Shown one piece after another: positions 9,570-18,355 of a stretch of DNA of 64,000 bases. The DNA comes from Deltaproteobacteria bacterium. Lineage in GTDB: Bacteria; Desulfobacterota; Syntrophia; Syntrophales; Smithellaceae. The stretch is from the NCBI GenBank assembly GCA_022710585.1, contig JAKLGV010000015.1, positions 5,623 through 69,622 on the forward strand. Reading direction: 5' to 3'. Under the pieces are notes generated by a model. That model was not told the DNA's origin and made no database searches. It was given only the letters and a program-made list of their open reading frames with translations. The stretch's first letter is position 1. Each line of letters opens with the position of its first letter. The position numbers were made by a program, and so were the translations under genes.

Positions 9570-12017
9570 TCAAATCGCGTCCAGGCCCCAGAGGGTCCTG
9601 TTGTACTCTTCAATGGTCCGGTCGACGCTGAAATAGCCGGCGCAGGCGGTGTTGAACGCGGCTTTTCTCATCCAGGCATTCGCGTCGGTGTAGGCGTTCA
9701 GCACGTTCTCATACATGGCCCGGTAGGCATCAAAATCATGCAGCACAAAATATTTGTCCGCGCGGTCGAAGCAGCCGTAAAGAAGAGACTGATAGAGGTC
9801 ATGGAATCTGTCGGAACCGCCGGCGAGCGAACCGTCCATCAGACGCGATACCGCGTTGCGGATATCCGCATTGCCGTCGAACAAACCCTTCGGGTTGTAG
9901 CTGTTGTCCCGCTCCATCCGGGCAATTTCCTCGGCCAGGGCGCCGAAAATGAAGATGTTGTCTTGGCCCACCTTCTCGAATATTTCCACATTGGCGCCGT
10001 CCATCGTGCCCAGCGTCACGGCGCCGTTGAGCATAAATTTCATATTGCCGGTGCCGGAGGCCTCGCATCCTGCTGTCGATATCTGTTCGCTGATGTCCGC
10101 CGCGGGAATCAGCAGTTCCGCCAGCGACACGTTGTAGTTCTCCAGAAAAACAACCTTCATGCAGTCCCGGGTGCGCGGATTCGCCTCGATCAGGGAGGCA
10201 ACGGCATGAATGAGGTTGATGATATCTTTGGCACGCCAATAAACGGGAGACGCCTTGGCCGCGAAAAGAAACGTGACCGGCCGGGGCAGAGCGAAGCACT
10301 CATCGCCGGTAAAGCGGTTATAGAGATGCAGGATATGCAGCACCTTCAGAAGCTGGCGTTTGTATTCGTGCAGACGTTTGGCCTGCACGTCAAAGATCGA
10401 ATCGACATTCAGGGCGATGCCCTTTTTTTTGAACATATAATCCGCGAGGCGCTGTTTATTGCGCTGCTTGACAAGCGCGAAGTCTTTCAGAAAGCGCCGG
10501 TCATCGGCCAGCGGTTTGAGACGCTCCAGCTCCCGGTAATCCCGGATGAACCGGCTGCCGATATGGCCGGCAATCAGCTCACACAGGCCGGGGTTCGCCG
10601 ACACCAGCCAGCGCCGGGGCGTGATCCCGTTGGTAATGGCCGTAAACTTTTTCGGAAACATCACATAAAAATCGCGGAATGTGCGGGTTTTCAGGATGCG
10701 GCCATGAAGCTGTGAGACGCCGTTCACGGCGGCGCACACCACCAGGCACATATGGGCCATGCGGATCTCGTCGTAGGCGATAACGGCCATGTGCGATATT
10801 TTGTCCCGGTCATCCGGAAACCGTTTTAATAACTGCTGCTGGAAACGCTCGTTGATTTCTGAGATAATTGCGTAAATGCGCGGCAGCATGGATTTGAAGA
10901 GCTGCGCCGGCCAGGATTCCAGCGCTTCATGCATGACCGTGTGGTTGGTATAGTTAAAAACGCGGCTGGTGATATCGTAGGCTTCGTCCCATCCCATGCC
11001 TTCATCATCCAGCAGAATGCGCATCAGCTCCGGAATCGCCAGGGCCGGATGAATATCATTAATCTGAATGACGATCTTTTCAGGCAGGGTGCGCACATCG
11101 CCGTAGAGCTTTTTGTGCTCCCGTACGATGCTCTGCATCGTCGCTGAGGCCAGAAAATAATACTGCCGCAAGCGCAGCATTCTGCCACCGATATGGTCAT
11201 CTTTCGGGTAGAGGACTTTGGAGATCGATTCGGCGATTTCCTTCTGCTGCACCATATAGACGAAGTCGCCCTTGTTAAACGCGTGAAAATCAAAGCCGGC
11301 GGGATATTCCGCGCGCCAGAGACGCAGCGTGGCCGGCAGCTGGCTGCCGTAGCCGGTCACAATCATATCGTAAGGCACGGCCGTGACCTTTTGGAAGTTT
11401 TTATGCACGACCGTCAGCCCCTCTTCCGTCCAGAGCTCCTCCGCCATGCCTTCGAAGCGGACTTCCACCTGTTCCTCGCGCCGCTCGATTTCCCAGACGT
11501 CGCCTTTGCACATCCAGTCATCCGGCACCTCCGTCTGTTCGCCGTCCACAATGCGCTGACAGAACATGCCGTATTCGTAGCGGATGCCGTAGCCGGTCAC
11601 GGGCAGATTCAGCGTCGAGAGGGAATCCAGAAAACAGGCCGCCAGCCGCCCCAGACCGCCGCTGCCGAGCGCCGCTTCATTTTCCTGCTCTTCCAGCTTT
11701 TCAAAGGGGTAGCCGATTTCAGCCAGCACCGCCTTGTAATCGTCCAGAACGCCCAGATTGATCATATTGTTCACGAGCGCCCGTCCCATGAGAAACTCCA
11801 CTGAAAGGTAGCAGAGCTTTTTGCGGCCCCGGGCATTGATTTCTTCATTGCCCTTCACCCACTGTTCGAGAATCATATCGCGGATGCTCAGCGCCACCGT
11901 CTGGAACATCTCCTCATCTGAGGCATTATGCAGCGTCCGCCCGTAATGCCTTTTTAATTTCCCTTCAATGGTTGCCTTGATTTCCTGAATCCTGTTTTGC
12001 GCCATGATATTTTTCAT
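9570..12017 (-). CDS. glgP: glycogen/maltodextrin phosphorylase
   Basis: About 815 aa. GT35 hallmarks include the EASGTGNMKFMLNGA pyridoxal-phosphate lysine region. The start is uncertain: ATG 12017, ATG 12005 or TTG 12053. Confidence 0.93.
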   Translation of the reverse strand: MKNIMAQNRIQEIKATIEGKLKRHYGRTLHNASDEEMFQTVALSIRDMILEQWVKGNEEINARGRKKLCYLSVEFLMGRALVNNMINLGVLDDYKAVLAEIGYPFEKLEEQENEAALGSGGLGRLAACFLDSLSTLNLPVTGYGIRYEYGMFCQRIVDGEQTEVPDDWMCKGDVWEIERREEQVEVRFEGMAEELWTEEGLTVVHKNFQKVTAVPYDMIVTGYGSQLPATLRLWRAEYPAGFDFHAFNKGDFVYMVQQKEIAESISKVLYPKDDHIGGRMLRLRQYYFLASATMQSIVREHKKLYGDVRTLPEKIVIQINDIHPALAIPELMRILLDDEGMGWDEAYDITSRVFNYTNHTVMHEALESWPAQLFKSMLPRIYAIISEINERFQQQLLKRFPDDRDKISHMAVIAYDEIRMAHMCLVVCAAVNGVSQLHGRILKTRTFRDFYVMFPKKFTAITNGITPRRWLVSANPGLCELIAGHIGSRFIRDYRELERLKPLADDRRFLKDFALVKQRNKQRLADYMFKKKGIALNVDSIFDVQAKRLHEYKRQLLKVLHILHLYNRFTGDECFALPRPVTFLFAAKASPVYWRAKDIINLIHAVASLIEANPRTRDCMKVVFLENYNVSLAELLIPAADISEQISTAGCEASGTGNMKFMLNGAVTLGTMDGANVEIFEKVGQDNIFIFGALAEEIARMERDNSYNPKGLFDGNADIRNAVSRLMDGSLAGGSDRFHDLYQSLLYGCFDRADKYFVLHDFDAYRAMYENVLNAYTDANAWMRKAAFNTACAGYFSVDRTIEEYNRTLWGLDAI

Positions 12018-12100
12018 TGCCGATTGTGAAAGACCGGCAGCCTCCGTTAGCAATTGTTAAATATTATAGCTTTTTTATGCCGAGATTGAAAGTCTGTCAA

Positions 12101-13603
12101 TCAAAAATCAGAGGGGTTCCCCGGCGCGGTCAAAAGGTAAAGTTTGGCGTAGGCCAGGGAGCTCTTCGTGAAACTCCAGTCCTGTTCCATGGCCCGTTTC
12201 CGCAGCAAATCCATGATGGCTTTCTTTCGGTAAATATTGAGCGCGTAGCGAACCGTATGGAGCATGTCATGCGCGTTATAATGGTCAAAAGAAAATCCGT
12301 TGCCCTCTCCCGTGTGTTCGTTATACGGCCAGACCGTGTCCCGCAGCCCGCCGGTCGCGCGGACAATGGGCAGCGTCCCGTAGCGCAGCGCGATCATCTG
12401 CGCGAGGCCGCACGGCTCAAACATTGACGGCATCAGGAAAAAGTCGCTGCCGGCGTAAATCCGGTGCGCCAGCCGGTCATCGAACATGGTCACGCCTTTG
12501 GCCCGGTTGCTCGTGCGGTGAGCGACCCCGCGGAAGAAATGTTCATAATGATGGTCGCCGGTTCCAATCATCACAAAACCGATTCCGGCATGCATCATCT
12601 CATCGAAAACGCGCATCACCAGATCAATCCCCTTCTGTCTGGCCAGCCGCGTGACCATCCCGATGACGGGCGTCTCCAAACTGATCTCCAGACCCATTTC
12701 TTCCATCAGCGCCTTTTTGTTTTTCTTTTTTTCCGCAAGCGAAGACGCGTCATAAGGATAGGGAATCAGCGGGTCGGCGGCGGGATTAAAAACATTCGTG
12801 TCAATGCCGTTGAGAATCCCGACCAGATCGTCCGCCCTGGTCTCAAGGATGCCGTCGAGCCCCTCTCCATAGTAGGGCATACGGATTTCCCGGGCGTAGG
12901 TGGGACTGACCGTCGTCAGTTTATCCGCGAAAACAATGCCGGCTTTGAGGAAATTGGCGTCCCCGTGAAACTCGATGTAGTCCTGATGAAAATACTTGTC
13001 ATCGATGCCCAGCAGATGCGCCGCGTAGCCGAAATTGAAGCGCCCCTGATAGCCGAGGTTATGAATGGTCAGCACGGTTTTGGATCTTCCCTGCGGGAGC
13101 AGGCCGTACTGAATTTTCATCAGCATGGGAATGATGGCCGTGTGCCAGTCGTTGGCGTGAATGATGTCCGGATCCAGGCCGATCACCGGCAGCGCCTCCA
13201 GCAGCGCCCGCGAAAAGAAGGCGTACTGCTCTCCCTCGAAATTGCCGCCGCAGTAGATGGCGTGACCGAAGTAATGTTCGTTGTCGATGAAGTAAACCGG
13301 GATGCCCTCCCAGTCATAGAGCTCGACGCCCACATACTGTGAACGCCAGCCGATATCGACGCTGAAGCTGACCAGGTGCTTGACCTGTGCGCGGTATTTC
13401 TCCTTGATGACCCGGTGAAACGGCAGGGCCAGACGGATATCGCAGCCCATGTTCTTCAGCTCCCTGGCCAGCGTGCCGATGACATCCGCCAGGCCTCCGG
13501 TTTTGGCAAACGGCGCGCATTCCGATCCGGTCATCAGAACGCCCGGCATTGTTTCTCGGCCGGTTGCCGCCATGATTTTCTGAAGCTCCGCGTTTGTGTT
13601 CAC
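12101..13603 (-). CDS. glgA: glycogen synthase (ADP-glucose type)
   Basis: N-terminal SECAPFAKTGGLADV motif and GT5 architecture. The GTG start overlaps the glgB stop (GTGA, 13600..13603). ATG 13573 is an alternative start. Confidence 0.93.
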   Translation of the reverse strand: MNTNAELQKIMAATGRETMPGVLMTGSECAPFAKTGGLADVIGTLARELKNMGCDIRLALPFHRVIKEKYRAQVKHLVSFSVDIGWRSQYVGVELYDWEGIPVYFIDNEHYFGHAIYCGGNFEGEQYAFFSRALLEALPVIGLDPDIIHANDWHTAIIPMLMKIQYGLLPQGRSKTVLTIHNLGYQGRFNFGYAAHLLGIDDKYFHQDYIEFHGDANFLKAGIVFADKLTTVSPTYAREIRMPYYGEGLDGILETRADDLVGILNGIDTNVFNPAADPLIPYPYDASSLAEKKKNKKALMEEMGLEISLETPVIGMVTRLARQKGIDLVMRVFDEMMHAGIGFVMIGTGDHHYEHFFRGVAHRTSNRAKGVTMFDDRLAHRIYAGSDFFLMPSMFEPCGLAQMIALRYGTLPIVRATGGLRDTVWPYNEHTGEGNGFSFDHYNAHDMLHTVRYALNIYRKKAIMDLLRKRAMEQDWSFTKSSLAYAKLYLLTAPGNPSDF

Positions 13604-15507
13604 GGGGATTCCCCTTCCTTATAATTAAAATAGACGGCGGAAAGCGGCGGCAGATCAATGGCCGCCCGATAAGGCTGTCCGGCAAACTCTTCCGGCAGAG
13701 GGCCAATGGCGTACGTGTGCTGACGTCCGCCGCCGCCAAACAGCGCATCGTCGCTCGAGAAAACTTCCCGCAGGGTGCCGTTTTCCGGCAGACCGATGAC
13801 AAAACCATTCACCGGCACCGGTGTGAAGTTGAAGGCGCAAACAACGCCCTCCCCCTTCCGGCTGCCCCGACGCAAAAAGCAAAGCGAGCTTTGCATATAG
13901 TTCTCCACATTCAGCCAGGTAAATCCGTCCCAGGTATCTTCAATTTCATAAAAGGCGGGACATCCCCTGTAAAAATGATTGAGCGCCTTCACATAGTCCC
14001 GCATCTGCCGGTGTTTTTCATAATCCAGCAGAAACCAGTCGAGCGGCTTGTGGTAATCCCATTCAATGAACTGACCGAACTCGCCACCCATAAACAGCAG
14101 TTTTTTGCCGGGATGCGCGTACATAAAGCCCAGCAGCGCTCTCAAAGAGGCAAACTTTTCATCATAGGAGCCGTACATCTTATCAAGCAGGGATTTTTTC
14201 CCGTGCACTACCTCGTCGTGGGAGTAAGGCAGAATATAATTTTCAGAAAACGCGTAGCACATCGAAAAGGTTATTTTGTCGTGATGATGCTGCCGGAACA
14301 GCGGATCCATGGACATATATTTGAGGGTGTCGTGCATAAAGCCCATATTCCACTTGAACATAAAGCCAAGGCCACCAACATACGGCGGTTTCGTAATCAG
14401 CGGATACGCCGTGGATTCTTCCGCGATCGTGATCGTACCGGGATGTCTGGTCAGAATCACGGAATTGAGCTTCCGCATAAATTCCAGAGCGGATATATCG
14501 ATATTGCCGCCTTCTTCGTTGGGCACGTACTCGCCATGGTTGCGCGCGTAATCCAGATAAATCATCGAGGAAACAGCATCGACGCGGATTCCGTCAATAT
14601 GATAGACATCAAAGAACAGCATGGCGCTGGAGATCAGGAAACTGACCACTTCCGGGCGAGCGTAATTAAAAATCAGCGTGCCCCACTGCGGATGATGGCC
14701 CTGCAGCGGGTTTTCATGCTCGTACAGACAAGTGCCGTCGAAGCTCGCCAGCCCGTGATCATCCCGCGGGAAATGGGCAGGCACCCAGTCCATGATGACG
14801 CCGATGCCCTTTTGGTGCATCGTATCGACAAAATACATGAAATCCTGCGGTGTGCCGAAGCGGCTGGTGACCGCGTAAAAACCGGTCACCTGATAGCCCC
14901 AAGAATCGTCCAGCGGGTATTCGGTCACGGGCATGATTTCCACGTGCGTGAAACCCGTCTCCACCAGATAATCGGAGAGTTCGTCGGCCACTTCCCGCAG
15001 ATTCGCGAATTCGTAATTTTCGCGCTTGCGCCATGACCCGATGTGCATTTCGTAAATCGTCATGGGTTTTTTCAGGATGTTTTGTTCCGGGCGACACCGC
15101 AGGAAATCCGTGTCGTGCCACTGATAGCCGCCAAGGTCCCAGACTTTCGAGGCGGTTTTCGGACGCACTTCGGCGTGAAAGGCAAACGGGTCGGCCTTGA
15201 GCACCGTCCGACCGTAAAATCCTTCAATATGATACTTGTAGCAGTCGCCGTCCCGCAGGCCGGGAATAAAGGCGGCAAAGACGCCGGCGTCGAGACGCTT
15301 CATCGGATGCCGCGCCGCGTCCCAGCCGTTAAAATCCCCCACAACACTGACCTGCCTGGCGTTGGGCGCCCACAACAGAAAGCGGTGCATTTTGATTTCA
15401 TCAATAAAATGGCAGCCGAACGTGGCGTAGGCCTGCTGCGCCTCACCGGTATTGAACAGAAAAATCTCGTCTTTGTTTATGTATTGATCAACATCATTCA
15501 TTTTCAA
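13600..15507 (-). CDS. glgB: 1,4-alpha-glucan branching enzyme
   Basis: 635 aa. GH13 subfamily 9 type motifs (DWVPAHF, GIRVDAVSSM, IAEEST, YSHDE) with an N-terminal CBM48-like region. Confidence 0.93.
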   Translation of the reverse strand: MKMNDVDQYINKDEIFLFNTGEAQQAYATFGCHFIDEIKMHRFLLWAPNARQVSVVGDFNGWDAARHPMKRLDAGVFAAFIPGLRDGDCYKYHIEGFYGRTVLKADPFAFHAEVRPKTASKVWDLGGYQWHDTDFLRCRPEQNILKKPMTIYEMHIGSWRKRENYEFANLREVADELSDYLVETGFTHVEIMPVTEYPLDDSWGYQVTGFYAVTSRFGTPQDFMYFVDTMHQKGIGVIMDWVPAHFPRDDHGLASFDGTCLYEHENPLQGHHPQWGTLIFNYARPEVVSFLISSAMLFFDVYHIDGIRVDAVSSMIYLDYARNHGEYVPNEEGGNIDISALEFMRKLNSVILTRHPGTITIAEESTAYPLITKPPYVGGLGFMFKWNMGFMHDTLKYMSMDPLFRQHHHDKITFSMCYAFSENYILPYSHDEVVHGKKSLLDKMYGSYDEKFASLRALLGFMYAHPGKKLLFMGGEFGQFIEWDYHKPLDWFLLDYEKHRQMRDYVKALNHFYRGCPAFYEIEDTWDGFTWLNVENYMQSSLCFLRRGSRKGEGVVCAFNFTPVPVNGFVIGLPENGTLREVFSSDDALFGGGGRQHTYAIGPLPEEFAGQPYRAAIDLPPLSAVYFNYKEGESP

Positions 15508-15682
15508 ACTTTCTATTCGTATGGCGATTGAGACGGTGTCACAATTATTGTTTTGTTATTCCGTGCAAGCGAAGCACGACCCTGTGGTTGACACGTGAGA
15601 ACACGGTAATTCCAACAGCTTCTGGATACCGGCTTTCGAGGCTGTGCCACAATGCCTTTTTATGTTAATTCGACTCATCATT

Positions 15683-16030
15683 TTGTCATTTCGACCGAAG
15701 GGAGAAATCTTAGAATTCTTTACTTAAATCATTCCACATTGGATTTATTTGATTCACCAACCTATCTTTTTTCTCTCTGCGCCACTTTTTGATTTCTTTT
15801 TCTCTTGCTATCGCAGCATTTATATCGGTTGTTTCCTCGACATAAACTAATTTAGTTACATTATATTTTTTGAAAAGCCGTCTATTAACTTGTTCTTATG
15901 TTCATAAATACGTCTGTTTATATCGTTAGTTACGCCAACGTAAATCACTTTGTTGTTCCAGTTGGTTAGTAAATATACGTAATAATTTTTCGTTAAAGCC
16001 ATAAGATTCCTCGCTTTGCTTCGGAATGAC
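15683..16030. mobile_element. compact GIY-YIG nuclease cassette bounded by inverted copies of the GTCATT...AATCTTA repeat
   Basis: Left end TTGTCATTTCGACCGAAGGGAGAAATCTTA (15683..15712). Right end TAAGATTCCTCGCTTTGCTTCGGAATGAC (16003..16030) is the same motif inverted. The interior is AT-rich and sits between glgB and malQ. Confidence 0.55.
15710..16002 (-). pseudogene. GIY-YIG (URI-domain, COG2827-like) nuclease gene split by a -1 frameshift
   Basis: The 5' part encodes MALTKNYYVYLLTNWNNKVIYVGVTNDINRRIYEHKNKLIDGFSK. After the T6/A6 homopolymer at 15866..15871 the frame shifts, and the next frame reads YNVTKLVYVEETTDINAAIAREKEIKKWRREKKIGLVNQINPMWNDLSKEF*. One extra A would restore a protein of about 96 aa. 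Confidence 0.7.
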
Positions 16031-16116
16031 ATTTGTTTTAATTGTGACAAGTCTCTTTCGGTATAACAATATTACTGGTACTTTTCGTCATCGTGCCACA
16101 GTCTCGATTACCGGTG

Positions 16117-17589
16117 TTATGAAGAACGTCCATACAACCATGTCTTATACGCCAGTCTCTGAGCGGTCGCGTCATCATACTGACCGGGACCGAGCCGCCA
16201 GCGCCAGTTGCCCTGCGCTGTCTGCGGCCTGTTCATCCGCGCGGACGAGGGCAGTCCCAGCACATCCTGCATCGGAATGATGCAGACATCCGCGACAGAA
16301 CTCATCGCCAGTCTGATCAACTGCCAATGGACGCCACGCTCATCCACGCCGCCGCTATAGTCATTTAAAAATTTCCGTTCGGCCCCGCCCAGTTCACCAA
16401 ACCAGCCGACGGTCGTATCATTGTCATGCGTCCCCGTGTAAACAACGCAGTTTCTCTCGTATCGATGAGGAAGATAAATGCTGCCGCCGTCCGGCGTAAA
16501 CGCGAAATGAAGCACCTTCAGCCCGGGAAAGCCCGTTTCCGCGAGCAGTTCAAAGACCGCCGGCGTCAGGTAGCCCAGGTCTTCGGCAATGAGCGGCAGT
16601 TCGCCCAGCTCGTTTTTTATCGCGCGGAAAAAATCCATTCCCGGCCCCGGAATCCATTGGCCGTCGATGGCATTGTCCGCGTCCGCGGGAATCGCGTAGT
16701 AGGCTTCAAACGCGCGGAAATGATCAATCCGCAGAAAATCAAAAAACGAGATATGATGAGCGATGCGCTTAATCCACCATTCATAACCGGTTTTTTTGAG
16801 CGCCTCCCAGTCATAAAGCGGATTGCCCCAGAGCTGTCCCGTTGCGGAGAAATAGTCCGGCGGACATCCGGCAACCCGTCCCCCCTTGTCCAGGATATCC
16901 TGATCCGTCCAGGCATCGGCGCCGTCCGGCGCCATATAGATGGGCATGTCACCGATGATTCTCACGCCGCGGTCGTTGGCATATTTCCGCAAAGCATGCC
17001 ACTGCCGGAAGAATAGATACTGAACGAAGATGTGGTAATCCATTTCGCTTTCTAGAGGCCTGGCGGCTTTTTTCAAGGCATCCTTCCGGCGTGTGCGAAG
17101 CTCTTCCGGCCATTGATGAAAAGACTTCATCTCCTGATTGCTTTTGATCACCATGTAGAGGGCATAATCCTGAATCCAGCCGGCATGCTGCTGTTTAAAT
17201 TCTTCTAATTCATCCCACAGGCGCGATAGACTGTACTGGTAGGCCAGATGCAGTATTTTCGTTTTGCCGATATACTGCGCGTGGTAATCCACCGCGCACG
17301 GATCCCGGCCGAAAAAATTTTCACACAGATCCAGCGCGTCTTTGGGCAGCAAATCCTCTCTGTGCAAATCGTCAAAATCAATAAAATAGGGATTGCCCGC
17401 AAAGGTGCTGAAAGCCTGATAGGGCGAATCGCCGAAGCCGGTGGGCGAAATCGGCAGAATCTGCCAGTAGGACTGACCGCTCATCCGCAGCCGATCCACA
17501 AACTCACGCGCGCCCGCCCCCAGCGTTCCGATGCCAAAGCGCCCGGGCAGTGACGATATGCTCAGCAATATGCCGCTTCCTCTTTTCAT
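16117..17589 (-). CDS. malQ: 4-alpha-glucanotransferase (amylomaltase, GH77)
   Basis: MKRGSGILLSISSLPGRFGIGTLG N-terminus and DSPYQ, GDMPIY, WGNPLYDW and RIDHFR motifs. The start is set at ATG 17589; the ORF-track start is 17682. Confidence 0.92.
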   Translation of the reverse strand: MKRGSGILLSISSLPGRFGIGTLGAGAREFVDRLRMSGQSYWQILPISPTGFGDSPYQAFSTFAGNPYFIDFDDLHREDLLPKDALDLCENFFGRDPCAVDYHAQYIGKTKILHLAYQYSLSRLWDELEEFKQQHAGWIQDYALYMVIKSNQEMKSFHQWPEELRTRRKDALKKAARPLESEMDYHIFVQYLFFRQWHALRKYANDRGVRIIGDMPIYMAPDGADAWTDQDILDKGGRVAGCPPDYFSATGQLWGNPLYDWEALKKTGYEWWIKRIAHHISFFDFLRIDHFRAFEAYYAIPADADNAIDGQWIPGPGMDFFRAIKNELGELPLIAEDLGYLTPAVFELLAETGFPGLKVLHFAFTPDGGSIYLPHRYERNCVVYTGTHDNDTTVGWFGELGGAERKFLNDYSGGVDERGVHWQLIRLAMSSVADVCIIPMQDVLGLPSSARMNRPQTAQGNWRWRLGPGQYDDATAQRLAYKTWLYGRSS

Positions 17590-17692
17590 GGTTTTATCAT
17601 ACACGAGATTGGCCTTTATGACTATACGATTTTCTGTTTTCGCCGGTTGACCAAACCGGACGTCTGCCGCTTTGTCGTCCACAAAATATTCA

Positions 17693-17722
17693 TTGAATTA
17701 TCGCGCTGAATTCCTGTATAAA
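17693..17722 (+). promoter_or_regulatory. possible sigma70-type promoter of the NusG paralog
   Basis: TTGAAT (17693..17698), an 18-nt spacer, then TATAAA (17717..17722), about 30 nt upstream of ATG 17753. Confidence 0.3.
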
Positions 17723-17752
17723 AGACCAGCTTATTTCCCCCGAGGATTACGG

Positions 17753-18256
17753 ATGTCCTGGTACGTCGTTCATACAAGAAGCCGCCACGAATACAAGGCC
17801 CACACGGGTCTGATGCAAAAGAATCTGACCGCTTTTCTGCCGGAGATAGAATCGTGGAGCAAACGCAAAGACCGGAAAAAGAAAATTTCCACACCTCTTT
17901 TCCCCGGCTATATTTTTGTTGAAACGGCTACTCTGGATAATGAAACCAAACTGAAAATTCTCAAAACGATCGGCGTGGTGCGCATGCTGGGCAGGAAGGA
18001 AAACGCCGAACCGATTCCTGTTCCGGATGAAAAAATTGACGCGATCCGCCGTTTTGTCGGCAGCAAAGAAGAAATCTTTACGTTTCAGTTTCCCCAGGTG
18101 GGTGAGCCGGCGCGCATCATGGACGGGCCTTTTGCGGGCGTGGAAGGCATCGTCGTCAGCAGAAATGTTGAAAAAGAGCTCTTTGTTGTCACCATCGATC
18201 TGATGCAGCGATCAGTGGGCATCACCTTAAAAGGCCATCAGATCAACAAACTTTGA
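17753..18256 (+). CDS. specialised NusG paralog (RfaH/UpxY/LoaP-like transcription antiterminator)
   Basis: NGN domain (WYVVHTRSRHEYKA...PLFPGYIFVE) plus KOW motif (GEPARIMDGPFAGVEGIVVS), 167 aa. It is not in the secE-nusG-rplK context. The start is set at ATG 17753. Confidence 0.8.
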   Translation: MSWYVVHTRSRHEYKAHTGLMQKNLTAFLPEIESWSKRKDRKKKISTPLFPGYIFVETATLDNETKLKILKTIGVVRMLGRKENAEPIPVPDEKIDAIRRFVGSKEEIFTFQFPQVGEPARIMDGPFAGVEGIVVSRNVEKELFVVTIDLMQRSVGITLKGHQINKL

Positions 18257-18355
18257 TTTTTGTTTTACCTTACCTTTATTTTTTCATTCAGGGTAAAGTT
18301 GGCGCTGTTGCCGTTCATCGTTCCTGTCATCAGCATTCTTTCATTCAGCGGCATG

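Noticed and set aside
9537-10715. 392-aa plus-strand ORF antisense to glgP. Similar long antisense ORFs occur at 11193..11804, 12464..13342, 13594..15036 (480 aa, antisense to glgB), 6419..7276, 8867..9499, 16426..17016 and 49529..50383.
   Set aside because: Each lies entirely inside a minus-strand gene with unmistakable family motifs. Their products are Arg/Gly/His-rich low-complexity sequences with no RBS and no recognisable domain, which is the usual antisense-frame artefact of moderately GC-rich coding DNA.
17672-17752. N-terminal extensions in the naive ORF calls: NusG paralog from 17672, malQ to 17682, ROK kinase to 3947, GH13 to 9613, the lipoprotein to 45293, and the OMPs to 48965 and 56933.
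   Set aside because: The extensions overlap the upstream gene or lack an RBS. Internal ATGs with good Shine-Dalgarno sequences give N-termini that match the family or a proper signal peptide.
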